Source: Eledone cirrhosa (lineage: Eukaryota). From it: DNA of 64,000 bases. Within the stretch, counting starts at the first letter, position 1; each line of letters starts with the position of its first letter. The stretch covers positions 373,488,001 to 373,552,000 of the forward strand of contig OZ024741.1 of NCBI GenBank assembly GCA_964016885.1, written 5' to 3'. The notes beneath the pieces were generated by a model, which was not told the origin of the DNA, ran no database searches, and was given only the letters and a program-made list of their open reading frames with translations. A program made the translations under genes and the position numbers. Below are positions 53,351 through 64,000 of this stretch, piece after piece.

Positions 53351-54062
53351 ACACTTGGGGTTGAGTTTGATTTTCTCAATGGCCCACCTCTCTTCAGCTG
53401 TTCTCTGGTTATTGATGATGGTCATTGTTGGAGGTTATATTTTTTTTATTCAAGCAGGGTGATAGCTGTTGAATGTGTGTGTAGCTGTTGGCAGTATTTT
53501 AGTGTGTTCATTTTTTTTGTTTGTTCTTTTTATTTTTCTGATAATTGTTTTTCTGTTTTGGCGGATACTGCACGTAGTTTTGTTCACAGGTTTTGGTGGG
53601 GTGTGGTTTGTACATATATTTGTGACAGTGTCTACAAAAATCTGCCAAGATGTTTTGATGTTGGTAGAAATGTGTGGCGTGTGTAAAAGACCAGTCAACA
53701 TGTGATAGTTCGTTCATAATTGCATCCCAGTTGGCATTGTAGAGATCCATGTTATCAAATGGGTTGGTTGGAAAGAGGTCCCTGGGATTAGCTTTCAGCT
53801 GGTGGAATCTCAGGTTACAAAGAAACATGTCATAGTCTGAGACAAGGGTTTTTTCTACTGTAATATTATGGATAGTGTTAGTGTAGTTACTAAACACTCG
53901 ATCCAGAATGTTCTGATGCCTTGTTGGTGCAAGGACAAATTGGGACAAGAAAAACTCATTCATAAAGTCAAGAAGTGACTCGACAGCTTCTTTGTCAGTG
54001 GTTGAGGTCGGAATGCCTGGTTTCAAATTGTTTGTTTGTAGACCAATAAACACAGGGTAGAT
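53343..54062 (-). mobile_element. CR1/L2-group LINE fragment, same family as 14333-15050
   Basis: Near-identical nucleotide sequence; TDKEAVESLLDFMNEFFLSQ...NANWDAIMNELSHVDW. Confidence 0.88.
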
Positions 54063-54140
54063 ATATACATATATATACATATATAAATACATATACACAG
54101 ATACAATATATACAGATACATATATAATATACACATATAC

Positions 54141-54597
54141 ATCATCATCATCATCATCATCATCGTTTAACGTCCATTTTCCACGCTAGCATCGGTCTGG
54201 ACGGGAATTGTCCCACTTGAGGCAAGATTAGTTGTCTTGCTCAGGACTGTCTGGCGGGTTTTCTACGGCTGGATGCCCTTCCTAACACCAACCACGTTTA
54301 CAGTGTGGACTGGGAGGTTTTTACCGTGTTACCTACACGGCCACATTACTGCGTGGACTGTGTGTTTTATTGTCGTGACACCTACACGTCCTCATTTGTT
54401 TCCGACTGGATGTTGTGGTACCAACATAACTTCACATTTAAAGGGGTGGTGTGGATGGGGTGGAGGTAGTGGGACGGGGGTGTATTTTGTTAGAGGTGCC
54501 TACTGACTGTAGGTTTCTCTTTGTACTTAGGCAAGGCGGGTCTTCTGTATAACTGTGTAGAGCCAAAGATCTCGGTCCAGTGACATTGTCTTAGAGA
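54141..54597 (-). mobile_element. RTE subfamily B 3' end
   Basis: Reverse complement of 62225-62827; (CAT)n at 54141-54163. Confidence 0.9.
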
Positions 54598-54599
54598 GG

Positions 54600-55193
54600 A
54601 CACATATATAATATATACATATACATATATATTATACACATATACATATATAATATATATATATATACATATATAATATATATATATATATATACATATA
54701 TAATATATACATATATAATATATATATATATATATACATATATAATATATACATATATAATATATATATATATATACATATATAATATATACTGTATATA
54801 TAATATATACATATATACTGTATATATAATATATACATATATACTGTATATATAATATATACATATATAATATATATATAATATATACATATATAATATA
54901 TATATACATATAATATATATATATATATACATATATACATATATAATATATACATATATACTGTGTATATAATATATACATATATAATATATATATACAT
55001 ATATAATATATACATATATAATATATATATACACATATATACTGTATATATAATATATACATATATAATATATATATATATACATATATAATATATATAT
55101 ATACATATATACATATATACTGTATATATAATATATACATATATAATATATATATATATACATATATAATATATATATATACATATTTTATAT
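54600..55193. repeat. TA-rich compound microsatellite
   Basis: Directly visible. Confidence 0.95.
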
Positions 55194-55194
55194 A

Positions 55195-56383
55195 CTAGCA
55201 GAATGGCCCGGCGTTGTTCAGGATTTGCTCTAGGGTTCTTATATATTTGATATATATTTATCGTTATCGAGCCTCATGAAATAAATACCTTTGTTTATTG
55301 TGTGTGCAAAAATATCTGTACACGAATATTTAATTATATATATATATATAACGAAGGAAATGTGGTAAGGAACCAGATAGACCATAACGCACCAAAGTAC
55401 TCAATACTTAGGGTAGTAGAGTGGGTAATAGGAACGAGTAGGACCCCGACGGCTGAGCGCAAGCCGTTTCGACGGCTAATTCTGGACTAAATGAAAATTT
55501 TTATCCTGGTAAATGAATAGCCGAACTTCTCAGGGGGTAATTCCATATATGGTAAAAGTGATTGTCACAAGGATTGGTCAAAAGTTTGTTGTTGAGACAC
55601 ATGATTCTATCATAGCATTTTGTGGAAGGTAGGGGTAGCTGAACTTGCCAGTAGAAGAAAGAGGGGGAGGGAGTGGAGGAAACCCAGTCGAGCGTTGAAA
55701 GTGACAACTACAGCAGATTCTAAGGATAGAGGGTCGAAAAAAGTACACTAGAGAAGGTGAGGGGGGAGGAAGTCGAAACAATAAGTAAATCTATATGGAG
55801 TAAATATATAGAAAAATATTAAAAATATTAAAAATATAAGAGATTTGATGATTGTGGAAGGGGAATAGTTCCCCTTCCACAATCATCAAATCTCTCACTG
55901 GTACTGCTAAGCTATAGAAAAGTTTAATAGGTGGGACGGAAAAGTAAATACGAGATTGTAGTGAAAGAATTTTATGAGTTAGTAGTAATCGGCCAAATCT
56001 ATCTTACAATGACAGGTCAACAAGTAGGGGGCCAAAATACTAAAAAAACTAATACGAAATAATAGTTCAGAGTCCCGAAACTAATACGAAATATTAATTC
56101 AGAATCCCGAAACATGAATACTAATACGATATATATAAGTACTGCTACACTACATAAATTCTAATACAGACTACATAAATACTCATACAATAAATATAAA
56201 AACCATGGTGATGGACTCCTTACCCTTAAAGGGTACAACCCCAGTAGTTCAGACCGGGTCCGTAAACAATTGCTCAAAATACTCACAGGTCTATAAGTAT
56301 TACATGTGTAAAGTTTGAAAACAATCGGTTGGGTGCTTCTCGGGTTTTAGGGTGTCAGACAGACAGACATTCTCTGTTTTAGA
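55195..56383 (-). mobile_element. Non-autonomous Helitron inserted in TA-rich microsatellite
   Basis: Minus-strand 5' A|TCTAAAACAGAGAATGTCTGTCTGTCTG and 3' CCTGAACAACGCCGGGCCATTCTG-CTAG|T. Flanked on both sides by similar microsatellite. Confidence 0.78.
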
Positions 56384-56756
56384 TATACACATATATAATA
56401 TATATATACATACACATATATAATATATATATACATATACATAAATAATATATATATACATATACATAAATAATATATATATACATATATAATATATGTA
56501 TACATATATAATATATATATACATACGCATATATAATATATATATACATACACATATATAATATATATATACATACACATATATAATATATATATACATA
56601 CACATATATAATATATATATACATATACATATATAATATATATATACATATACATATATAATATATATATACATATACATATATAATATATATATACATA
56701 TACATATATAATATATATATACATAAATAATATATATATACATATACATATATAAT

Positions 56757-57155
56757 ATCATCATCATCACCGTTTTACGTCCGTTCTTCCACGCTAGCAT
56801 GGGTTAGACGGGTTGTCTAACGCCAGAGGTCACAGTCGTGTGTCATTGCCTTTGAGAGGTGTAATTGTGTAAGGTCGGCTTTTATCACCTCATCCCAGGT
56901 CTTCTTGAGTCTCCCCACTCCGCGGTTTCCATTGACTTCTAGTCCTCTGCACCTTTTTATGCAGCTGTCATCCTTCATACGCATCACATGTCCATACCAG
57001 CGCAACCGCCTCTCCTGCACACAGCATTTGATTCCTCTTATGCTCAGCCTCTCTCTCAATTCATTTATGCTTTGTCGTTCACGTATATTACTGTTACACA
57101 TCCATCGGTGCATGCAGGCTTCGTTTCTCTCTAATCTACGTAAGTCTTCCACCTT
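56757..57155 (-). mobile_element. RTE subfamily A 3' fragment with most of the 3' UTR deleted
   Basis: KVEDLRRLERNEA...HDCDLWR is joined directly to ACAACCCGTCTAACCCATGC...GATGATG. Confidence 0.88.
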
Positions 57156-57346
57156 TGATTTTTCTGATTTTTTCCAATTTATCCAATATCTCTGAAGAAG
57201 TGACAACTGATTATACATTTGCTATCGAATACTTGCTAACATTATATGATTACGCAAGCAGCGATACATAGGTATTCCGTCTGTTACAGAAACATATGTC
57301 AATACCTTTATATATACATATATATATATATATACATATATATACA

Positions 57347-57438
<92 letters not shown>

Positions 57439-57475
57439 CATATATATATACATATATATATATATATACATATAT

Positions 57476-57629
57476 ATATTTATTAAAATAACAGATTAAA
57501 GTTTAAGCAAAGAATCGCTGCTTTCACCCTTAACGGGATCTTCTGAAACTGGTTAGTTTCAGAAGATCCCGTTAAGGGTGAAAGCGGCGATTCTTTGCTT
57601 AAACTTTAATCTGTTATTTTAATAAATAT
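57476..57629. repeat. Near-perfect hairpin palindrome, 75-bp arms, 4-nt loop
   Basis: 57476-57550 vs 57555-57629, single mismatch (GCTG/GCGG). Confidence 0.95.
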
Positions 57630-57715
57630 TTGCTCTACGGTTCTTATATATTTGATATATATTTTCCTTATCGAGCCCTCTTTGGATTTTAGTCTTCAAT
57701 TTTATTATTATTACT

Positions 57716-57791
<76 letters not shown>

Positions 57792-57821
57792 ATAGAGGTG
57801 TAACACACAAGTTATCATATA

Positions 57822-58119
57822 TTGGTAAACGGAATAGAAAATGCTGACAAATTGTTCACAGTTGAAAAATGGTTTAATTAGGAATAAAAGAGTATTAGTG
57901 TAGAATTCCCAAAACTAATCAGATCAGAGCAAACAACACGGACACTCTATCTCAAAATTATTTTTGAAAAGCATTTAGAAATGCGCAACCGGTAAAAACT
58001 TAAAAACTTAAAACCACAACTGAATACTAACCCATACAATCACTAATACTCTTTTATTCCTAATTAAACCAATTTTCAACTGTGAACAATTTGTCAGCAT
58101 TTTCTATTCCGTTTACCAA
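57822..58119. repeat. Fold-back element, 79-bp inverted arms, 140-bp spacer
   Basis: TTGGTAAACGGAATAG...GTATTAGTG vs CACTAATAC...CCGTTTACCAA, about one mismatch. Confidence 0.92.
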
Positions 58120-58121
58120 CA

Positions 58122-58187
<66 letters not shown>

Positions 58188-58188
58188 C

Positions 58189-58269
<81 letters not shown>

Positions 58270-58294
58270 CATATATATATACATATATATATAC

Positions 58295-58393
<99 letters not shown>

Positions 58394-58415
58394 CATATAT
58401 AATATATACATATAG

Positions 58416-58674
58416 TATAACTGAACAAAAAAGAAAAACGAACACAGACATATACATGTATGCATTCAAATTGTAATGGACCAGATTCGCTAAGGTGAAA
58501 AAAATACTAACTACAGAAAATAGGGTTTGCCAGACACAATTTAAAAATAAATCAAGAAAAATAAATACAAATCAGTACTGTGGTATTTTTTTCACCTTAG
58601 CGTTTCTGGTCCATTACGATTTGAACACATACCTGTATATGTCTGTGTTCGTTTTCCTTTTTTGTTCAGTTATA
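58416..58674. repeat. Fold-back element, ~92-bp diverged inverted arms
   Basis: TATAACTGAACAAAAAAG...GCTAAGGTGAAAAAAATAC vs GTATTTTTTTCACCTTAGC...TTGTTCAGTTATA. Confidence 0.88.
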
Positions 58675-58787
58675 TTATACGGCTCGGAAAAACCCTTTTC
58701 CTAGAGCTAATTTTACTGTAATGAGACTACTTTGAGTTTCTAACTCAATACATGCTTTTGATATATATATATATATACATATATAAT

Positions 58788-58997
58788 ATTTTTTTTTTTT
58801 TTTTTTTTTTTTTACAGTCGATCGACTTTCGTCAAATCAGACCGAGGAAACAATGTTTTCATTGGTCTTTCCAATTGCTAATACTATCTATCGGTCGCAA
58901 CTCCAGGTAGAAGGAGCAACGTGAAATAAAGTGTCTTGCCCAAGAACACACCGCATCGCCCGGTTCGGGAATCGAACTCACAACCTCACGATTGCGA

Positions 58998-59000
<3 letters not shown>
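58788..59000 (-). mobile_element. Young CORE-type SINE with poly(A) tail
   Basis: Minus strand has B-box GAGTTCGATTCCC, CTTGGGCAAGACACTTTATTTCACGTTGCTCC and a ~25-nt poly(A). CpGs are retained. Confidence 0.82.
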
Positions 59001-59044
<44 letters not shown>

Positions 59045-59124
59045 GTAAGTAACAGCCGTACTAAGAGTGAGAAATGAAATTTCGTTTCATTTTTTCCGTA
59101 TACATATAAAATATGTATATGTAT

Positions 59125-62100
59125 ACATAACGACAAATGCTGCCGGACGAAAAGAAAAGGGCTCCTCCTCTTTGTTTCGGCCGCGGATGGCCAATATAAC
59201 CCCAACCCCATCCCACTCACCCCTCCCCACCGCTCCCACCCTCCAAACGCAACGCAACCCAAAACTTCAGAGTTGGTACCATGAATGTAGGCACCTTAAA
59301 GGGTCGCTCTAACGAGGTTGTAGAAATGCTTGAACGTAAGGAGGTCGATGGTTGTTGTATTCAAAAGACCAGGTGGAGGGGTGAGTCTGTTAGATTCATT
59401 GTGGGTAAAGAACGATGTTATAAGCTTTTCTGGGTGGGAAATGACAATGGGCTGGGTGGAGTAGGAATCATGGTAGCAGAAAAGTGGGCAGATAAGATAA
59501 TAGACGTAAATAGAGTGAACGACAGAATAATTAAAATAAGACTTGTCCTCAATAGAACTACTGTGACAATAATATGTGCATATGCACCACAATCCGGACT
59601 GCCTGGCGTTATAAAAGACAGATTCTATGAGGCATTAATGCTCACTACCTCCCAAATAACCGACAGTGACTACATAGTTATCGCTGGCGACCTAAATGGT
59701 CACGTTGAACAACATTGTGACGGCTATGACGAAATCCATGGAGGCTATGGGTTTGGTACTAGAAATGAGGAAGGCTCCAGAATCCTGGAATTCTGTGACG
59801 CAAATAACGTAACTATCTGTAACACTAACTTCAAAAAACGAGACAATCACTTGATCACCTATAGATCGGAGGAACACACAAGCCAGGTAGATTATATCCT
59901 TACCAGGAGACGTGACAGAGTGTCTGTTGTAAACACTAAATCCCTCCCCCATGAAGAATGCACCTCTCAACATAGACTCATAATTAGCGACCTCATAGTC
60001 AGGACGAAACGTACTCGACAACAGAAGAGGACTATCCTCAGGAGAAAAATATGGAAGCTAAAGGACCCCACAGCCAATAATAAATTTAAAAGCATATTAC
60101 TTGATGCTTTTGACAGTAAGGAAGAGCAATTAGAGTCGTACAATATAGAGGAACAGTGGGAATTCCTGAAAGCTAACCTGCTGAAGGCGGCAGATGAAGT
60201 CTGTGGCTGGAGCAGGCCTATAGGCAGGAGGAGCGTAACGTGGTGGTGGAACAGTAAGGTGGAGGAGTCAATTCAAGCCAAAAAGCAGGCTTGGAAAGTA
60301 TGGCGGGATGGGGTAAGTAGAGAAGACTATCAAGTGGCGAGGAGGGAAGCTAGGAAACAAGTGTACTTCGCAAGAAGGGAAGCAGAGGAAAGAAAGTTCA
60401 AGCATGTTCTACAACGTGAGGACCAAAAACGTGAGGTGTTCAGGATTGCTAGGCAATGTGTCAAGGAAAACAGTGATATTGTCGGGGAGAAGTGTGTGCT
60501 TAATGATGATGGTGTACTTGCCATCACTGACGCTGATAAGAAGGAAGCTTGGAAGTGTCACTACGAAAAGCTACTAAATGAGGAGAATAATTGGGAGAAA
60601 GACAGTCTCCCCCACATCGACCCAATAGAGGGACCAGCAGTGCAAGTTGAAGGTAGTATAATAAGTAAGGCAATCAAAGACATGAAGATGGGCAAGGCGG
60701 CCGGGCCTTCGAAAATAGTTGCTGAAATGCTGAAAGCATCTGGAACGGTGGGACACACTATGGTCACTCGGATAGTAAACCAAGTCATACAGAATGGGGT
60801 CGTTCCGAAGGACTGGCGCAGCAGCATTATCATTAACTGCTACAAGGGTAAAGGTGATGCCCTAGATAGGGGAAACTATAGAGGCATTAAATTAATTGAC
60901 CAGGTCATGAAGGTCACAGAAAAAGTAATAGCGCAACTAATCAGAGAGCGAATTGATCTAGACGAAATGCAATTCGGGTTTGTGTCAGGTAAAAGTACAA
61001 CAGACGCTCTCTTCATTGTACGACAGCTACAGGAGAAGTACCTAGCTAAAAGTAAACCCCTATACTTAGCCTTGTTGACTTGGAGAAAGCCTTTGACAGA
61101 GTACCCCTCTCGATTATCTGGTGGGCCCTTAGAAAACTAGGTGTTGATGAATGGCTTGTGAGAGCTATACAAGCCATGTATAAAGAAACAGTCAGCAAGG
61201 TTAGAATTAACAACGAATATATTGAAGAGTTTAGGGTAAAAGTTGGTGTTCATCAGGGCTCCGTCCTTAGGCCCTACTATTTATTATTGCCCTTCAGGCT
61301 ATAACAGAGGAGTTCAAGACCGGCTGCCCATGGGAACTCCTATATGCAGATGATCTAACACTCATAGCTGAATCAATGGCGGAACTAGAGAAGAAATTCC
61401 AAACATGGAAGCATGGCCTAGAATCAAAAGGCCTTAAAGTTAACATGTCTAAGACTAAAACTCTAGTTTGTAGGAAGGAAAATAGGGCACCGGTCCCATC
61501 TGGAAAATGGCCATGCTCAGTGTGTAGGAAAGGAGTAGGCAGAAACTCCATTTCATGTCCCAAATGCAAAGTATGGGTGCATAAAAGATGTAGTGGGATC
61601 ACAGGTAAGCTAACTAAGAACATAGATTTTATATGTGGCCGGTGCTCTGGTACAATAAGTAGCAGCAAGTGCCCAGAGAATACTAGCTCATTCCATTGCA
61701 CAGATGGTTCTATAGAAATAGTGAACAACTTCCGTTACCTGGGTGACAAAATCAGCAGTGGGGGAGGATGCTCTGAAAGTACAGTAGCTAGGGTCAGAAC
61801 GGGATGGAAAAAGTTTAGAGAGCTTAAACCACTATTGGCCGCTAAACGGTTCTCTCTAAAAATGAAAGGCAGGCTGTATGATGCCTGCATACGAACAGCA
61901 ATGTTACATGGCAGTGAGACCTGGGCATTGTGTGCAGCGGATATACGCAGACTGGAGAGAAACGAAGCTTGCATGCTCCGCTGGATGTGTAATAGTAATA
62001 TACGTGAACGGCAAAGCATAAACGAACTGAAGGAGAAATTAGGAATAAGAGGGATCAGATGTTGTTTACTCGAGAGAAGACTACGTTGGTACTGTCACGT

Positions 62101-62794
62101 GATGCGCATGAAAGACAGCTGTATAAAAAAGAGCAGGGCAATAAAATTAGACAGTAACCACGGAGTAGGCAGACCCAGAAAAACCTGGGATGACTTGATA
62201 AATTCCGACCTCACACGCTTACACCTCTCCAAGACAATGTCACTGGACCGAGATCTTTGGCGCTACACAGTTATACAGAAGACCCGCCTTGCCTAAGTAC
62301 AAAGCAAAACCTACAGTCAGTAGGCACCTCTAACAAAATACACCCCCGTCCCACTACCCCCACCCCATCCACACCACCCCTAAAATGTGAAATTATGTTG
62401 GTACCACAACATCCAGTCCGAAACAAATGAGCTCGTGTAGGTGTCACGATAAAAAAACAGAGTCCACGCTGTAATGTGGCCGTGTAGGTAACACGGTAAA
62501 AACCTTCCAGTACACGCTGTAAACGTGGTTGGTGTTGGGATGGGCACCCAGCCGTAGAAAACCCGCCAGACGTGTAGGTGTCACGACAATAAAACACACA
62601 GTCCACGCTGTAATGTGGCCGTGTAGGTAACACGGTAAAAACCTCCCAGTCCACACTGTAAACGTGGTTGGTGTTAGGAAGGGCATCCAGCCGTAGAAAA
62701 CCCGCCAGACAGTCCTGAGCAAGACAACCAATCTTGCCTCAAGTGGGACAATTCCCATCCAGACCCATGCTAGCGTGGAAAATGGACGTTAAAC

Positions 62795-62827
<33 letters not shown>
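59125..62827 (+). mobile_element. Near full-length RTE-clade LINE, subfamily B (APE-RT-PHD-like), two frameshifts
   Basis: ORF 59281-61140 (APE + RT N-half), 61080-61304 and 61376-62296. Frameshifts at ~61075 and ~61275. Duplicated 3' UTR block and (GAT)n tail. Confidence 0.95.
59281..62296 (+). pseudogene. RTE endonuclease/reverse transcriptase polyprotein (~1000 aa if repaired)
   Basis: APE motifs NVGTL, AYAPQ, GDLNGH, DYIL, SQHRL. RT motifs NYRGIKL, QFGF, KAFDRV, QGS, YADD, YLG. Confidence 0.9.
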
Positions 62828-62850
62828 ACATATATACATCTATAATATGT

Positions 62851-64000
62851 ATGAAAGTAACAGAAAGAGTTATAGCACAGTTGATTAGGGACCGGGTGAA
62901 ACTAGATGAGATGCAATTAGGGTTTGTACCAGGAAGAGGCACCACTGATGCCCTCTTCCTTGTGAGGCAGTTACAGGAAAAGTACCTAGCTAAAAGGAAG
63001 CCACTCTACCTGGCATTTGTCGATCTCGAGAAAGCCTTTGATAGAGTTCCACGTGCTGTAATCTGGTGGGCTCTTAGAAAACTAGGAGTAGATGAATGGC
63101 TTGTGAAAGCGGTACAAGCCATGTATAGGGGAGCAGTCAGCAAAGTTAGGATTAGCAATAAGTATAGCAAGGAATTTAGCGTACAGATTGGTGTCCACCA
63201 GGGATCTGTTCTTAGCCCACTCCTGTTCATCATAGTCCTGCAGGCAATAACGGAGGAGTTTAAGACCCATGGGAACTCCTGTATGCTGATGACCTCGCAC
63301 TTATAGCTGAATCTATGGTAGAACTAGAGAAGAAATTCCAAACTTGGAAGCAGGGACTAGAAAGAAAGGGTCTCAAAGTCAACATGACAAAGACTAAGGT
63401 CCTTGTAAGTAGACGAGAAAACAGAACCCAGATCCCCTCAGGGAAATGGCCTTGCTCAGTATGTAGGAAAGGTGTAGGTAGGAACTCCATTCACTGCCCC
63501 AAATGCAAACAATGGGTACACAAGAGATGTAGCAGGGTTCTCAGGAAGCTTAATTAAGAATGTAGGCATCACATGCAGCAGCTATGCTGGGACAGCAAGC
63601 AGCAAACAGCCACAGGAAACAAGTACCACCAATCTCTGGAAGGGTTCTGTAGAAACAGTAGACAGCTTCTGCTACCTAGGTGACCGAATTAGCAGCGGAG
63701 GTGGGTGTTCAGAAAGTACAATAACTAGGTTAAGAATGGGATGGAAGAAGTTCAGGGAACTACTGCCACTGCTAGCTGCAAAAGGCTTCTCCCTCAGAAT
63801 GAAAGGCAGACTGTATGATGCATGTATCCGAACAGCAATGTTGCATGGTAGTGAGACCTGGGCGCTGAAGGTGGAAGACTTATGTAGATTAGAAAGAAAC
63901 GGAGCCTGCATACACCGATGGATGTGTAATAGTAATATACGCGAATGACAAAGCATAAATGAATTGAGAGAGGGACTGAGCATAAGAGGAATCAAATGCT
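62851..64000 (+). mobile_element. RTE subfamily A, 5'-truncated, runs off the window end
   Basis: MKVTERVIAQ...KAFDRV...PHD-like...HGSETW, with small deletions. Confidence 0.92.

Noticed and set aside
57558-57592. CAGAAGA-T-CCC(gttaa)GGG-T-GAAA in the hairpin arm as a hammerhead
   Set aside because: The core has A instead of U, and there is no NUH site with stem III.

Overview
AT-rich, repeat-saturated eukaryotic (animal) DNA. The SINE/LINE/microsatellite make-up looks like a coleoid cephalopod such as Octopus; this is an inference, not a database result. I found no credible host protein-coding exon, rRNA, tRNA gene or CRISPR array. The window holds about nine copies of RTE-clade LINEs from at least three subfamilies, the most complete at ~59.1-62.8 kb. 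Wherever that part of the ORF survives, it carries a C4HC3 PHD-type zinc finger inside the reverse-transcriptase C-terminal region. Other contents: decayed CR1/L2-group LINEs, Penelope-like remnants (GIY-YIG), several minimal hammerhead-ribozyme motifs (two with complete cores, at 7784-7833 + and 50345-50387 -), a decayed mariner, non-autonomous Helitrons, MITEs, many tRNA-derived SINEs and very long (TA)/(TACA) microsatellites. There is also a 7.9-kb 31-bp palindrome-containing satellite with a 2571-bp internal duplication, a 39-bp minisatellite, and a cluster of unrelated fold-back (inverted-repeat) elements. The long YIYIH-type ORFs are microsatellite artefacts. Coordinates were read by eye, so boundaries of decayed elements are approximate.
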